The position numbers and the translations under genes were made by a program. Shown here piece by piece: positions 35,789 to 45,780 of a DNA stretch of 63,972 bases. The first letter of the stretch is position 1, and each line of letters opens with the position of its first letter. Where the stretch lies: assembly GCA_041663565.1 (NCBI GenBank), contig JBAYMJ010000005.1:1-63972 (forward strand). The letters run 5' to 3'. The notes under the pieces were generated by a model, which was not told the DNA's origin, did no database searches, and worked only from the letters and a program-made list of their open reading frames with translations. This stretch comes from Candidatus Micrarchaeia archaeon (lineage in GTDB: Archaea > Micrarchaeota > Micrarchaeia > Norongarragalinales > CAINOH01).

Positions 35789-37975
35789 CTATACCTTCAT
35801 CCACCGCAGTGTAAGCGCGTTGACTACCACGGAAACGGATGACATTGCCATCGCGCCACCTGCAATGATTGGCGACAAAAGCCAGCCAGTGAACGGGTAA
35901 AGCAATCCTGCCGCTATCGGAATTCCTGCCACGTTGTAGACCATTGCCCAGAAGAACCCCTGCTGAATCTTGCCCATTGTTGCCCTGCCAAGCCGTATGG
36001 CCTTCGGCACGGACGAGACGTCGGACTTTACCAGCACCACATCCCCGCTTTCAATTGCGATGTCGCTTCCGCTTCCCATCGCGATGCCCAAATCAGCCTG
36101 CGCAAGAGCCGGTGCGTCATTTATGCCGTCACCTACCATCGCAACCTTGTCACCATTTGACTGGAGCTTCTTGATTTGGTTTGCCTTGTCAGCAGGAAGC
36201 ACCTCGGCAATCACGTTCTCGATGCCTACGTTGTGGGCAACCGCCTTCGCAGTGCGTTCGTTGTCTCCGGTGAGAAGCCAGACCGTCAGCCCGAGCGACT
36301 TGAGTTCTGCAACTGTCTCCTTCGCATTTTCCTTAATCGGGTCCGCTACTGCAAGGATGCCTGCGATTGTCTTTCCTGAACATAATATCATCACGGTCTT
36401 GCCGTCTTCCTCAAGCGAGGAAATCCTGTCCGACAATTCTGCACTGACCCTGGCTCCAGCTGAGGATGCCATCTTCCGGTTGCCAAAGGAAACGTGTTTC
36501 CCGCCAATCACGGCAGTTACCCCTTGTCCTGGCACGGCCTTGAATTTATTGGACGGAAAAAGATGGAGCTTTCCCTTTTCTGCAGCTGCCAAAATCGCGC
36601 CTGCAAGCGTGTGCTCCGAGCTTTTCTCGATACTTGCCGCAAGCAGGAGCACCTTCTTTTCGCTGAAATCCTTTGCAATCGAAATTATTTCGGTGACTGC
36701 AGGCTTGCCTATTGTAAGCGTCCCAGTCTTGTCAAACACAACTGCCTTGACCTTGTGCGTATTCTCAAGAGCCTCGGCGTTCTTGAAAAGGATGCCGCGT
36801 TGCGCTCCCATACCTGAACCCACCATTATTGCAGTGGGGGTCGCAAGGCCGAGCGCGCACGGGCAGGCGATTATCAGCACCGAGACAGCGATAAGCAAGG
36901 CGAACGAAAACGTTGAGCCAAGAAGGAAATACCACACTGAGAAAGAAAGCAGCGCCAGCACTATGACGATTGGCACGAAAACCCCGCTGATCTGGTCGGC
37001 AAAGCGCTGGATTGGCGCCCGGCTTGACTGCGCCTCTTCAACCAGGCGGACTATGCGAAGCAAGGCGGTATCCTCGCCGACCTTGTCGGCTTTTGCCTTG
37101 AGGAAACCATTCCCATTTATGGTTGCGCCATAGACGCGGCTTGACTTGAGCTTCTCAACGGGCATGCTTTCTCCAGTTAACATCGACTCGTCAACTGAGG
37201 AGTGGCCTTCGATTACCGCACCATCGGTCGGGATTTTCTCGCCCGGTTTGATGACCATTATGTCGCCAATCTGGATTTGCGAGGCGTCGATTGTAAGCTC
37301 CTGCTTGTTGCGGATGACCGTCGCCTTCTTTGGCGCAAGCTCAAGGAGCTTGCGTATGGCATCGGAAGCCCTGCCCTTCGCCATCGCTTCAAGGTATTTT
37401 CCAAGGACAACAAGAGTAATCAAGACCGCGCTGGTTTCGAAATACTGTTCAGGGACTATCCCGAACAAAGCGCCTACACTATATATGTAGGCGGCGCTGG
37501 TGCCTACTGCGATGAGGGTATCCATTGACGCGGACTTGTTGCGTGCAGCCGCGATTGCGCCCTGATAGAATGGGAAGCCGACGACGAACTGGACAAGGGT
37601 TGCAAGCACGAACAGGATTGGAAGCCTGAATGGGAAGTCCATCAGGAACATTCCCAAAATGAAAGCCGGAATGGAAAGCAGTCCGCCAAAGACAAGCCTT
37701 TGGGAAAGGTCGGACAGCTCCTGCCTGCGAAGTTCCTTTTCGTCCTCGATTGAGAACCCGACGCTCGCTTTGTACCCGAGGGAGATTATCCTTGCGACAA
37801 GGGCGTCATCACTGGCCTGCGACTCGTCGTACTCGACCTTCGCCCTTCCCGTAGCGTAGTTTACCGTTGCGCTTTTCACACCAGGAACTTTCAGAAGTCC
37901 CCTAGTGATGAGGGTAGAGCACGACGCGCAGTGCATGCCGTTGATTGTGATGTCCGCCTTCCTTATCATAAGCAT
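35789..37975 (-). CDS. copA: Cu(I)-translocating P1B-1 ATPase
   Basis: [31 protein letters not shown] and MAMSS. Confidence 0.96.
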   Translation of the reverse strand: MLMIRKADITINGMHCASCSTLITRGLLKVPGVKSATVNYATGRAKVEYDESQASDDALVARIISLGYKASVGFSIEDEKELRRQELSDLSQRLVFGGLLSIPAFILGMFLMDFPFRLPILFVLATLVQFVVGFPFYQGAIAAARNKSASMDTLIAVGTSAAYIYSVGALFGIVPEQYFETSAVLITLVVLGKYLEAMAKGRASDAIRKLLELAPKKATVIRNKQELTIDASQIQIGDIMVIKPGEKIPTDGAVIEGHSSVDESMLTGESMPVEKLKSSRVYGATINGNGFLKAKADKVGEDTALLRIVRLVEEAQSSRAPIQRFADQISGVFVPIVIVLALLSFSVWYFLLGSTFSFALLIAVSVLIIACPCALGLATPTAIMVGSGMGAQRGILFKNAEALENTHKVKAVVFDKTGTLTIGKPAVTEIISIAKDFSEKKVLLLAASIEKSSEHTLAGAILAAAEKGKLHLFPSNKFKAVPGQGVTAVIGGKHVSFGNRKMASSAGARVSAELSDRISSLEEDGKTVMILCSGKTIAGILAVADPIKENAKETVAELKSLGLTVWLLTGDNERTAKAVAHNVGIENVIAEVLPADKANQIKKLQSNGDKVAMVGDGINDAPALAQADLGIAMGSGSDIAIESGDVVLVKSDVSSVPKAIRLGRATMGKIQQGFFWAMVYNVAGIPIAAGLLYPFTGWLLSPIIAGGAMAMSSVSVVVNALTLRWMKV

Positions 37976-37983
37976 TAACCTCT

Positions 37984-38184
37984 TTACCCGCTGACCGGGT
38001 AGCCTTCCGCAATTATCGCCGCCTTGATTGACGACTCGGTCGCCGGAGTGCCAAAATCGACAGCAACATTGCCGGACTTGCTGTCGGCCTTGACGTGTTT
38101 TACTCCGGGCAGGTCGCCAACAGCCATTTCGACGATTTTCTCGCACGAACCGCAGTGCATCTTGACTTTGAATGACATCTTCAT
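37984..38184 (-). CDS. copZ: CopZ-like HMA chaperone 1
   Basis: 66 aa, MHCGSC. Confidence 0.9.
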   Translation of the reverse strand: MKMSFKVKMHCGSCEKIVEMAVGDLPGVKHVKADSKSGNVAVDFGTPATESSIKAAIIAEGYPVSG

Positions 38185-38241
38185 CTGTTAATCACCTTGA
38201 ACAATGGACCGACAACCGCCCGAACGCCGCCTGCGAGACAG

Positions 38242-38442
38242 TCATCCGTTAATCGGATAGCCTTCGGAGATTATCACCGACTCAATCCAGGACCGGGTCG
38301 CAGGAGTGCCGAAATCGACGCTGAGCTTCCCCGACCTCTTGTTGGCATTCACGGAATTGACCCCGTCCATCCAACCCACTGCCATCTCCAGTATCTTCTC
38401 GCAGGAGGCGCAATGCATGCTTACCTTGAACGACGCCCTCAT
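38242..38442 (-). CDS. copZ: CopZ-like HMA chaperone 2
   Basis: 66 aa, MHCASC; colinear paralog of the adjacent gene. Confidence 0.85.
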   Translation of the reverse strand: MRASFKVSMHCASCEKILEMAVGWMDGVNSVNANKRSGKLSVDFGTPATRSWIESVIISEGYPING

Positions 38443-38468
38443 GTTTGCTCACCTTGAACATTGTTTAG

Positions 38469-38488
38469 ATATATACAAATTTATATAT
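38469..38488. promoter_or_regulatory. Palindrome in the divergent copZ/padR promoter
   Basis: ATATATA-CAAATT-TATATAT; low complexity limits confidence. Confidence 0.4.
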
Positions 38489-38514
38489 GTTATCATTTTG
38501 CGATATATATAAAT

Positions 38515-38976
38515 ATGAATACGTCACCTAACATTGCTATGGACCTCCGTATAAACAGCATAACCAAGCTCACGATACTCCTTGCCTTGCGCAAGAACCC
38601 CATGCACGGCTACGGCCTGATGGACTCCGTGCAGACCGCCACAGGCATAAGGCCGGGACCTGCGCAGATTTACCCGTTCCTTTCGCAGCTTTCAAAGAAA
38701 AAGTACGTAAAAGCGGCTGCCAAGGGCGCGCGCGACAAGACCGTTTACGAGCTTACTGCAGAGGGCAAGCGTTTTACCGACGGTTTTACCGGCAAGATGG
38801 GCGTGCTGCTTGAGGGCGCGCTTGCGACGGGCATCACCGAATGCACGCATTGCTCGTGCAAGATTTTCGGAAAGCCCTACCTGCGTAAAATCGGCGGCCA
38901 CGAGTACGGCTTCTGCTGCCCTCACTGCGCCGAGAACTTCCTGGCAACAGGCGGCACGAAATCAAAGGTCAAGTGA
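38515..38976 (+). CDS. PadR-family regulator fused to an archaeal TRASH metal-binding domain
   Basis: PMHGYGLM, IYPFLSQL, RDKTVYELT; C-terminal CTHC...YGFCCPHC..F. Confidence 0.88.
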   Translation: MNTSPNIAMDLRINSITKLTILLALRKNPMHGYGLMDSVQTATGIRPGPAQIYPFLSQLSKKKYVKAAAKGARDKTVYELTAEGKRFTDGFTGKMGVLLEGALATGITECTHCSCKIFGKPYLRKIGGHEYGFCCPHCAENFLATGGTKSKVK

Positions 38977-39004
38977 CAAGAGAATAACGTTCTGGTGAAG
39001 GAGT

Positions 39005-39457
39005 ATGAAAGTTTCAAAAGGAAAGATAATTGCAGCAATAATCGTCATTGCACTTGTTGCGGCCGCGGCATTCGTTTTCGCGGGACAGAAGGCATCGGCA
39101 AACACGGTTGTGACGCCGACCCCGATGGCAACAGTCAACCCCACGGCAACAGCATCGGCCGTACCAACTGCGACACCCACTCCGGGCAACGTCCAGGTAA
39201 TATCCATAAGGGCGCTTGCCAATGGCCAATACGACCACGAACAAATTACAGTCAACGCGGGCACGCCAGTAAGGCTTGACTTCTCAGCGGAGGCGAATGC
39301 AGGATGCGGAAAGCAGCTTGTGATGCGCGATTTTGGTGTCAGCCTGATAAGCAGGAACGGCGAAACCGTGTCGGCCACATTCACCCCTAAGGCCCCGGGA
39401 ACATTTACATACCAATGCGGCATGGGAATGTGGACGGGCACGCTGATAGTAAAATAA
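39005..39457 (+). CDS. Membrane-anchored cupredoxin-domain protein
   Basis: TM anchor, PT-rich linker, GC...YQCGMGMWTG. Confidence 0.87.
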   Translation: MKVSKGKIIAAIIVIALVAAAAFVFAGQKASANTVVTPTPMATVNPTATASAVPTATPTPGNVQVISIRALANGQYDHEQITVNAGTPVRLDFSAEANAGCGKQLVMRDFGVSLISRNGETVSATFTPKAPGTFTYQCGMGMWTGTLIVK

Positions 39458-39485
39458 TTGGATGGAATTACGAGGTATTGTGCTT

Positions 39486-40394
39486 ATGGAAAACACTGTT
39501 GAAAAAAAAGTCATTCTGGCAGGGCTTTCGTGCGACTCGTGCGTAAAGCTGATTTCACGCACCGCCAAAGGTCACGGTGTGATGGTCAAGTCCGCTGACG
39601 TTGAAAGCGGCGAATTTGTTTTTGAGGCCGGTTCTGAGCAGCAGATTGGCTCCCTTCTTGCCGAGCTTGAAGGCCAGGGGTATTCCCAGGGCAACAATTC
39701 CGGTCAGGCCAAAAGGGCAGCCCATTTTATCAAGGGCCTGTTCAACGGCAAGTTCTACAACGAGCTTGACATGATGTCAACTGCTTTTTTTGCGTTGGTA
39801 ATTTCAGCAATAGCCCAGTTTTTAGTGTTCTCATACTTGGGGGTAATGGACGTTTCCAAGCCCGCTATGCAGCTTGTAGTGTTCCTTGACATTTCCCTTG
39901 CCGCAATAGCCTTTTCCCTTTGGCACTTCTTCTCACTCAGACGCCAGGTGCCCTGCATGACCGGGATGATGGTAGGCATGACAGTTGGAATGATGGCGGG
40001 ATTCCTCGTAGGATACGTCTTCGGAGCAACCAATGGAATGTTCATCGGAAGCGTCATCGGGATGGCAGTCGGGATGTCGCTCGGCGCGTTCGCAGGAAAG
40101 TGCTGCGGGGTGATGGGAGTGATGGAAGGCCTGATGGGTGGCTTGATGGCCAGCACGATGGGCGCGATGCTGGCGGTCATGCTTCTGGCGGACAACCTCA
40201 TGTTGTTTACAGTGCTGCTGTTCGCGACCTGCCTGCTGATACTCCTTTTACTCCTTTACATGCTTGCAAAGGAATATGGCCCGGTCAAGCACGTGGAAAA
40301 CCACGCGGAAGTAATTGCAGTAATCGTCGCGGCATCGCTGATGCTGGGGCTGTTCGCGATAATCGGGCCGAAGGGAGCGATTTCGCTCGGATAA
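39486..40394 (+). CDS. HMA domain fused to a Met/Gly-rich multi-TM domain
   Basis: GLSCDSC N-terminal HMA; PCMTGMMVGMTVGMMAG...GKCCGVMGVMEGLMGGLMASTMGAM. Confidence 0.8.
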   Translation: MENTVEKKVILAGLSCDSCVKLISRTAKGHGVMVKSADVESGEFVFEAGSEQQIGSLLAELEGQGYSQGNNSGQAKRAAHFIKGLFNGKFYNELDMMSTAFFALVISAIAQFLVFSYLGVMDVSKPAMQLVVFLDISLAAIAFSLWHFFSLRRQVPCMTGMMVGMTVGMMAGFLVGYVFGATNGMFIGSVIGMAVGMSLGAFAGKCCGVMGVMEGLMGGLMASTMGAMLAVMLLADNLMLFTVLLFATCLLILLLLLYMLAKEYGPVKHVENHAEVIAVIVAASLMLGLFAIIGPKGAISLG

Positions 40395-40645
40395 GCAGAA
40401 GGCAATACAGTCCCCCTGATGCGTGCACATGCTGAGGAAGGGGGATTGTATTTTTTCCCTGACTCTTAAGTGAGTAAAACATGATTGGAGCGGTTATCCT
40501 AGCAGGCATGCAAAAAATTTGCCAAAAGGAAACCCTGACGCCGCTTCTTCTCCCTATGGCCGAACTGCCCTTCGAACAAATTATTTGCCCGGCATTCGCC
40601 ATGAATAAATATAGGCCAATATAAATGCAATCAGGTGGTGTTGGG

Positions 40646-40918
40646 ATGGAGAAGGGTCAATCACTAAATGAGAAGGCCGCGGCAATATCGGGCGCCGTCA
40701 CTGGCAGCGTACTTCACCTGATTTTCGGCATGATGGTCTTAGCCGCTCCTGGTGCCTTGATGGGCTCATACCAGACGATGTACTACGGAATGATGCAGTT
40801 CGGAAATCCCGGTTTCGCCTTTGGCGGATGGATAATCAGCGCAATTATGGGCGCCATAGCAGGCGGATTCGTAGGCTGGCTGATTGCAGTCTCGTACAAC
40901 TGGGGACTCAAGGCTTAA
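40646..40918 (+). CDS. Small membrane protein (DUF5676-like)
   Basis: Two Gly-rich TM helices, Met-rich loop, terminal SYN; directly upstream of a P1B ATPase. Confidence 0.6.
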   Translation: MEKGQSLNEKAAAISGAVTGSVLHLIFGMMVLAAPGALMGSYQTMYYGMMQFGNPGFAFGGWIISAIMGAIAGGFVGWLIAVSYNWGLKA

Positions 40919-40924
40919 GGACGA

Positions 40925-43192
40925 ATGGCCAAAGAAAACCAATCAACCCGGATAGTATACACTTGCACAATGCATCCGGAAGTCCGTATGGGCAAGCCGG
41001 GGCAGTGCCCGAAATGCGGCATGACGCTGGTTCCGAAGGAATCCGCTGACCATCAAGGACGTGAAATGCACGAGCACGCGATGGGAAGCGTGGGGCAGGC
41101 CCCTTTCGAAGTCCACGCGATGCCAACAGCAGACTCTTCGTGGTGGGACCGGCTGCGAATGAGCATGACAATGACCATGGGAATGGAGCATACCGGCTTG
41201 GCAGGCCGGGAAACGGCCCGGCTTATGGAGGAAGACATACGCAACAAGTTCTTCTTCGCACTCGTCCTCTCGTTACCAATCATCGCCTATTCCGACCTGG
41301 GCAAGAGCATGCTCGGCCTTGACCTTCCGTCGCCAATCCCAGTTCCAATGCTGCTTTTCCTCCTCTCCACACCCGTCTTCCTCTATTCCGGGTGGATATT
41401 CCTCTACTCTTCCTATAAGGCGCTTTCCGAACGCAAGCTCAACATGGCGGTGCTCATTGCGGTTGGCATTACTGCCGCATACGCTTCCAGCATCATGCTT
41501 ACGATCCTTGGCTCGAAGGACACGTTCTACGACTCATCGGCGATGCTAATCACATTCGTGCTTTTTGGCCACTGGATGGAGATGAAATCCCGACGTGGGA
41601 CAACTGATGCGCTCCAAGCACTCTTTTCGCTCCTTCCCCCTTCTGCCAGGCTAGTGCGAAATGGAAAGGAAACAATGGTAGCCACGTCGGAGGTCAGGAT
41701 TGGCGACATAATCATGCTCAAGCCGGGCGACCGGGTGCCTGTTGACGGCGAAATAGTGGAGGGCGAGACCGCAATCGACGAGTCGCTGATTACCGGAGAA
41801 TCCCTGCCGGTTGCCAAAAAGTCCGGGGACGCGGTTGTGGCAGGTTCAATCAACCAGTCGGGTTCGGTAAGGTTCCGTGCAACCAAGGTCGGCGCGGACA
41901 CCGCGCTTGCGCAAATCGTAAAGATGGTGGAAACCGCCCAGAACTCCAAAGCACCAGGCCAGCGCCTCGCGGACAGGTTCGCAGGATACCTGGTCATACT
42001 TGCGATTGGCAGCGGGGCAATCACATTCATAGCCTGGTACGTGCTGGCCAAAGCCGATTTCATCCAAGCGCTAACGTTCTCAATCTCGGCGATTGTCATC
42101 GCTTGCCCCGATGCGCTTGGCCTTGCCACGCCGACCGCAGTTGCGGTTGGCACCGGGCTTGCGGCAAAGCACAACATCCTCATCAAGGACGCTGCCTCAC
42201 TTGAGCGGATATCCAAAATCCAGGCAGTAGTGATGGACAAGACCGGAACCCTGACGGAGGGAAGGCCGAGGGTAACGGACGTTGTCGCTGTCGCCGGGTT
42301 TTCAAAGGACAAAGTGGTTGGAATGATTGCAGCTGCGGAGTCCAAATCCGCCCACCCCTTAAGCAAGGCAATGCTTGACGAGGCCGAAAACCGGAACGTG
42401 GAAATCCCGTCGCAAGTCGAACGCTTTTCTGACATTCCCGGCAAGGGCGTGGAAGCGGGCATAGCCGGCAGCAATGTAATCGTTGGGACTCCCAGGCTAA
42501 TGGAAGAACGGGGCATCGACCTTTCGCCTCTGAAAAAAGAAATCGATGTTTTCCTTGAAGATGGAAAGACCATAATGGTTCTTGCCTCGGACGGCAAGGC
42601 GAGAGGGGTCGTCGCTGTCGCAGACGAGTTGAAACCGACAGCCAAGGCCGCTGTGGCGCGCATGCGGCAACTGGGGCTGGAGGTAGTAATGATTACCGGC
42701 GACAACCGCAAGACTGCGGAAAAAGTCGCAGGAGCCTTAGGGATTATTCGGGTGTTTTCAGAGGTCCAGCCTGCTGACAAGGCCCGTTACGTCAAGCAAC
42801 TGCAGGACGAAGGCAGGTTCGTCGCAATGGTCGGCGACGGCGTCAACGACGCCCCTGCTCTTGCCCAGGCGGACATTGGTGTTGCAATAGGCGCAGGCAC
42901 CGATGTTGCAATTGAAACAGCAAAAGTCGTGCTGATGAAATCCGACCCTGCCGATGTGCTGCGGGCAATCAGGCTAAGCAAGGCGACGGTTGAGAAGATG
43001 AAGCAGAACCTGGCTTGGGCTTCGGTATACAACATCTTTGCAATTCCAGTGGCTGCTGGCGTCCTCTACCCGGCATACGGGATTTCCTTGCGGCCGGAAG
43101 TATCCGCCTTGCTGATGAGCGTCTCATCCATCATCGTCGCCACCAATGCAATGTTGCTTTCGCGTGCGGAAAAGGACTTGGTTGGGATTTGA
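40925..43192 (+). CDS. Copper-type P1B ATPase with CPD motif and N-terminal YTCxMHP domain
   Basis: YTCTMHP...CPKCGM, His/Met-rich linker, TGES, ACPDALGLATP, DKTGT, YN, MSVSS. Confidence 0.93.
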   Translation: MAKENQSTRIVYTCTMHPEVRMGKPGQCPKCGMTLVPKESADHQGREMHEHAMGSVGQAPFEVHAMPTADSSWWDRLRMSMTMTMGMEHTGLAGRETARLMEEDIRNKFFFALVLSLPIIAYSDLGKSMLGLDLPSPIPVPMLLFLLSTPVFLYSGWIFLYSSYKALSERKLNMAVLIAVGITAAYASSIMLTILGSKDTFYDSSAMLITFVLFGHWMEMKSRRGTTDALQALFSLLPPSARLVRNGKETMVATSEVRIGDIIMLKPGDRVPVDGEIVEGETAIDESLITGESLPVAKKSGDAVVAGSINQSGSVRFRATKVGADTALAQIVKMVETAQNSKAPGQRLADRFAGYLVILAIGSGAITFIAWYVLAKADFIQALTFSISAIVIACPDALGLATPTAVAVGTGLAAKHNILIKDAASLERISKIQAVVMDKTGTLTEGRPRVTDVVAVAGFSKDKVVGMIAAAESKSAHPLSKAMLDEAENRNVEIPSQVERFSDIPGKGVEAGIAGSNVIVGTPRLMEERGIDLSPLKKEIDVFLEDGKTIMVLASDGKARGVVAVADELKPTAKAAVARMRQLGLEVVMITGDNRKTAEKVAGALGIIRVFSEVQPADKARYVKQLQDEGRFVAMVGDGVNDAPALAQADIGVAIGAGTDVAIETAKVVLMKSDPADVLRAIRLSKATVEKMKQNLAWASVYNIFAIPVAAGVLYPAYGISLRPEVSALLMSVSSIIVATNAMLLSRAEKDLVGI

Positions 43193-43234
43193 CGACCGGA
43201 TTTGGGCTCTGAACAGTCCTCATAAATTGAAAGT

Positions 43235-43313
43235 GCTTCAATCCTGACGAGGGCAAGACTATAGATTAGCGCCGTTCAAGGCTTGCAGGAACTGAGCCTG
43301 TGGTTGGATGCGA
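43235..43313. repeat. Second copy of the att arm (79 bp) ending in TGCGA of the tRNA-Gly end
   Basis: 5 mismatches in 79 nt against 52746-52824. Confidence 0.9.
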
Positions 43314-43986
43314 GAACATCAAATTCGACCAGTACGGGGCGATTTTACGCGTTACTGGAAAAACCGGGGATAGGCGAGTGCGAATCATCAGCTCCGCACC
43401 AGCCTTATCCACATGGCTGGAAAATTACGAGGGCGCGGACGACCTGGAAGCGTACCTTTGGCCGCCCCGCTCAAACAATAACCATGAAACTTGCTACCCG
43501 GCAGTCCACGCCTCAGTCCACAAAACGCTTGAAAAGCTTGCTTTGGCTGCCGGGATTAAGAAGCGGATACACCCGCACTTGTTCCGGCACTCGCGGGCAA
43601 CCGCCTTGGCCAACAAGTTGACTGAAGCCCAAATGAAGGAATACTTTGGCTGGACGCAATCCAGCAAGATGGCCAGCGTCTACGTCCACCTGAGCGGCAG
43701 GAACATGGACAGCACGCTGTTAGGATTGCAGGGCGTTACCATGAAGGAAGAAAAGCAGGAGGAGCAGATGAACGTGGTTTTCTGCAAGCGTTGCCACGAG
43801 AAAAACTCGCCTTCCATGAAATTCTGCAACCGTTGCGGCTCTCCCTTCAACCAAACCCTGGTTTCCGACGAGTACGGCAACAGGTCGAACGAGCTGATGA
43901 ACGAGTTGTTCCAAGACCCCGAAGTCAAAGAATTCTTTGCACGCAAAGTCGTAGAACGCGGGTTGGTGGACAAGCTGGTGGTTTGA
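43313..43986 (+). pseudogene. 5'-truncated integrase
   Basis: Near-identical to 31738-32411; lacks the N-terminal half including the first catalytic Arg. Confidence 0.9.
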
Positions 43987-43987
43987 A

Positions 43988-44434
43988 ATGAAAATATTGG
44001 ACGTACTGATTTACGACATTCCCGAAAAAATAGCAGACATTCACCAATGGCTGGTCGATACCTACTACCACCTGTTTCCGGGAGCGTTGAGGGCTAAGGA
44101 ACGCCGGGAGAAAGCGGAGTTGCTGATTACTTTCGAGGAGTTAGCAAAAAAGCGGGAGGACTTGAAGGAACTCCTTGAGGCGCAAGCGGAAATGCTCGAA
44201 GACCTGGCGATGAAAATAATGAACGTGGACGGAGACGTTTTCCGCCGCAGGCTGGATGAGAGAAGCGCTGAAGAAATCATGGACAAGTATGATGTCGAAC
44301 AATTATGGCCTTATGAGAAAATCCGGGCAACAGCCGTTGAATACGAAAAGACGCTCTTTAGGATTTTCACTGTTTGCAAAAAGCTAGAGCTTTACGGAAT
44401 TGACCGAGGTATCAAACCAATTGAAGGCAAATAA
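43988..44434 (+). CDS. Hypothetical helical protein (element backbone?)
   Basis: 148 aa immediately after the integrase fragment. Confidence 0.6.
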   Translation: MKILDVLIYDIPEKIADIHQWLVDTYYHLFPGALRAKERREKAELLITFEELAKKREDLKELLEAQAEMLEDLAMKIMNVDGDVFRRRLDERSAEEIMDKYDVEQLWPYEKIRATAVEYEKTLFRIFTVCKKLELYGIDRGIKPIEGK

Positions 44435-44918
44435 ACTTACCGCAGAGGAAATCGCGTACCTTTCCACGCACCAGAAAACACCAGTCTGGACAGAGTACCA
44501 CATACGAAAAACAGCGGATGCTTTAGGCGTCAAGAAAACGGATTGGCTGTCTGAAAAACAAAAAACGGTTATTGAGGAGGAATGCCGCAAGCTGGATGCT
44601 TTTTGTGAGGTTCTTTGCAATAGCAAGGCCAACCACATTACCGCAGAAAAGAAAGCGTTCGGGATTACAGGCGATTTTTACGTCCAATGCGAGAAACTGG
44701 TTAGCGAGTGGAACGACCAGAAAGCCAAGGAACGAAAGAAACAGGAAAGGCTGGCCGCCAAAGCGAAAGCCGAGGCAGAAAAGATTAGGAAAGCCAAGGA
44801 AGAGGAGGAAAAACGGGCTAAACTAGACAAGGACTCCAACTTGTTCCTGGAAAAGGGCTTGACCAAGAAGCAACGCGATGAATTGCTGGCCCGCGGCCAC
44901 CTGAAGCAGCGTTTCTGA
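44400..44918 (+). CDS. Hypothetical Lys/Glu-rich protein, possibly truncated
   Basis: Coiled-coil-like ORF; start uncertain. Confidence 0.5.
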   Translation: MTEVSNQLKANKLTAEEIAYLSTHQKTPVWTEYHIRKTADALGVKKTDWLSEKQKTVIEEECRKLDAFCEVLCNSKANHITAEKKAFGITGDFYVQCEKLVSEWNDQKAKERKKQERLAAKAKAEAEKIRKAKEEEEKRAKLDKDSNLFLEKGLTKKQRDELLARGHLKQRF

Positions 44919-45033
44919 ACCACGGTACGCATTTGGCCGCACCCATTGAAAGCCTAAAAAGTTTGGACGGCCAAACGAGCAGGAACGTGGTGCCAAGGCA
45001 GGCTGCAATCCCGTTTTCGTCAGTTTTTTAGGG

Positions 45034-45528
45034 TCATACCAGCCCGTTCCGCAGGTCATCGTTAAGTTTCACGATGTTCGTCTTCCCGAACCGCTCAATC
45101 TTGATGGCACCGCGTTGGTGGAGCCGCCGTATAATCCTGTGCGACTTGACCTTGCTCATGTCAGGCAGCCGGGTTATCTCCGCCTGCAGCGCCCTCCCCC
45201 CGCCTTCGATAAGCCGCTCTATGACCTTCCGCTCGTCGCTGTTGAGGAGGTTCAGTATCAGGCTCCCATTCTTCTTGAGGCTCTCCTCTTTCACTTCGAT
45301 TTTCTGGGACATTAAATAATATACGCCGGCGCCGATGAGTATGGAAAAAGCGGCTATTATCGGGATGAAGTCGAGAAGAAACTCATCCATGGCGCAGACG
45401 CCGCAAGTCTCGCGTATGGGAGAACTTCCGGACTTGAGGAACATGCTGAGTAGCGAAGCGAAAAAAACGGCCCCCGCAAGCAGGGCGATGCCCAATATCA
45501 CTTTTTTCTTTTGAAGCTCAAAGGCCAT
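45034..45528 (-). CDS. Membrane-anchored winged-HTH regulator (COG2512-like) with external CxxC
   Basis: 2 TM with TCGVC loop; LNSDERKVI...GGRALQAEI...SKVKSHRII..L..RG.I.IERFGKTN. Confidence 0.82.
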   Translation of the reverse strand: MAFELQKKKVILGIALLAGAVFFASLLSMFLKSGSSPIRETCGVCAMDEFLLDFIPIIAAFSILIGAGVYYLMSQKIEVKEESLKKNGSLILNLLNSDERKVIERLIEGGGRALQAEITRLPDMSKVKSHRIIRRLHQRGAIKIERFGKTNIVKLNDDLRNGLV

Positions 45529-45569
45529 GAGATGGGTAATGCCCTTGGGGATTATTACTTCTTTCGCCA

Positions 45570-45680
45570 GGTTTCAAAAAACGGCAACCAGGCGTGGTGG
45601 TCACGCAAAGGATTATTCATGGTTTCATGTTTTGTAAACCGCGTATTTGACGGTTTCATAAAAACATAAGTATGGTTTCA
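45570..45680. promoter_or_regulatory. Four GGTTTCA direct repeats in the divergent wHTH/dsbA promoter
   Basis: Copies at 45570, 45621, 45652 and 45674. Confidence 0.55.
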
Positions 45681-45780
45681 GCACCGATTTTTACGTTGGG
45701 ATTTACCGACAAGGCAAATGCCGGTGAAATTACTGGCAATGGTCATTCTTTGGGCATCGAAATATTGGAGGTAGGTTATT

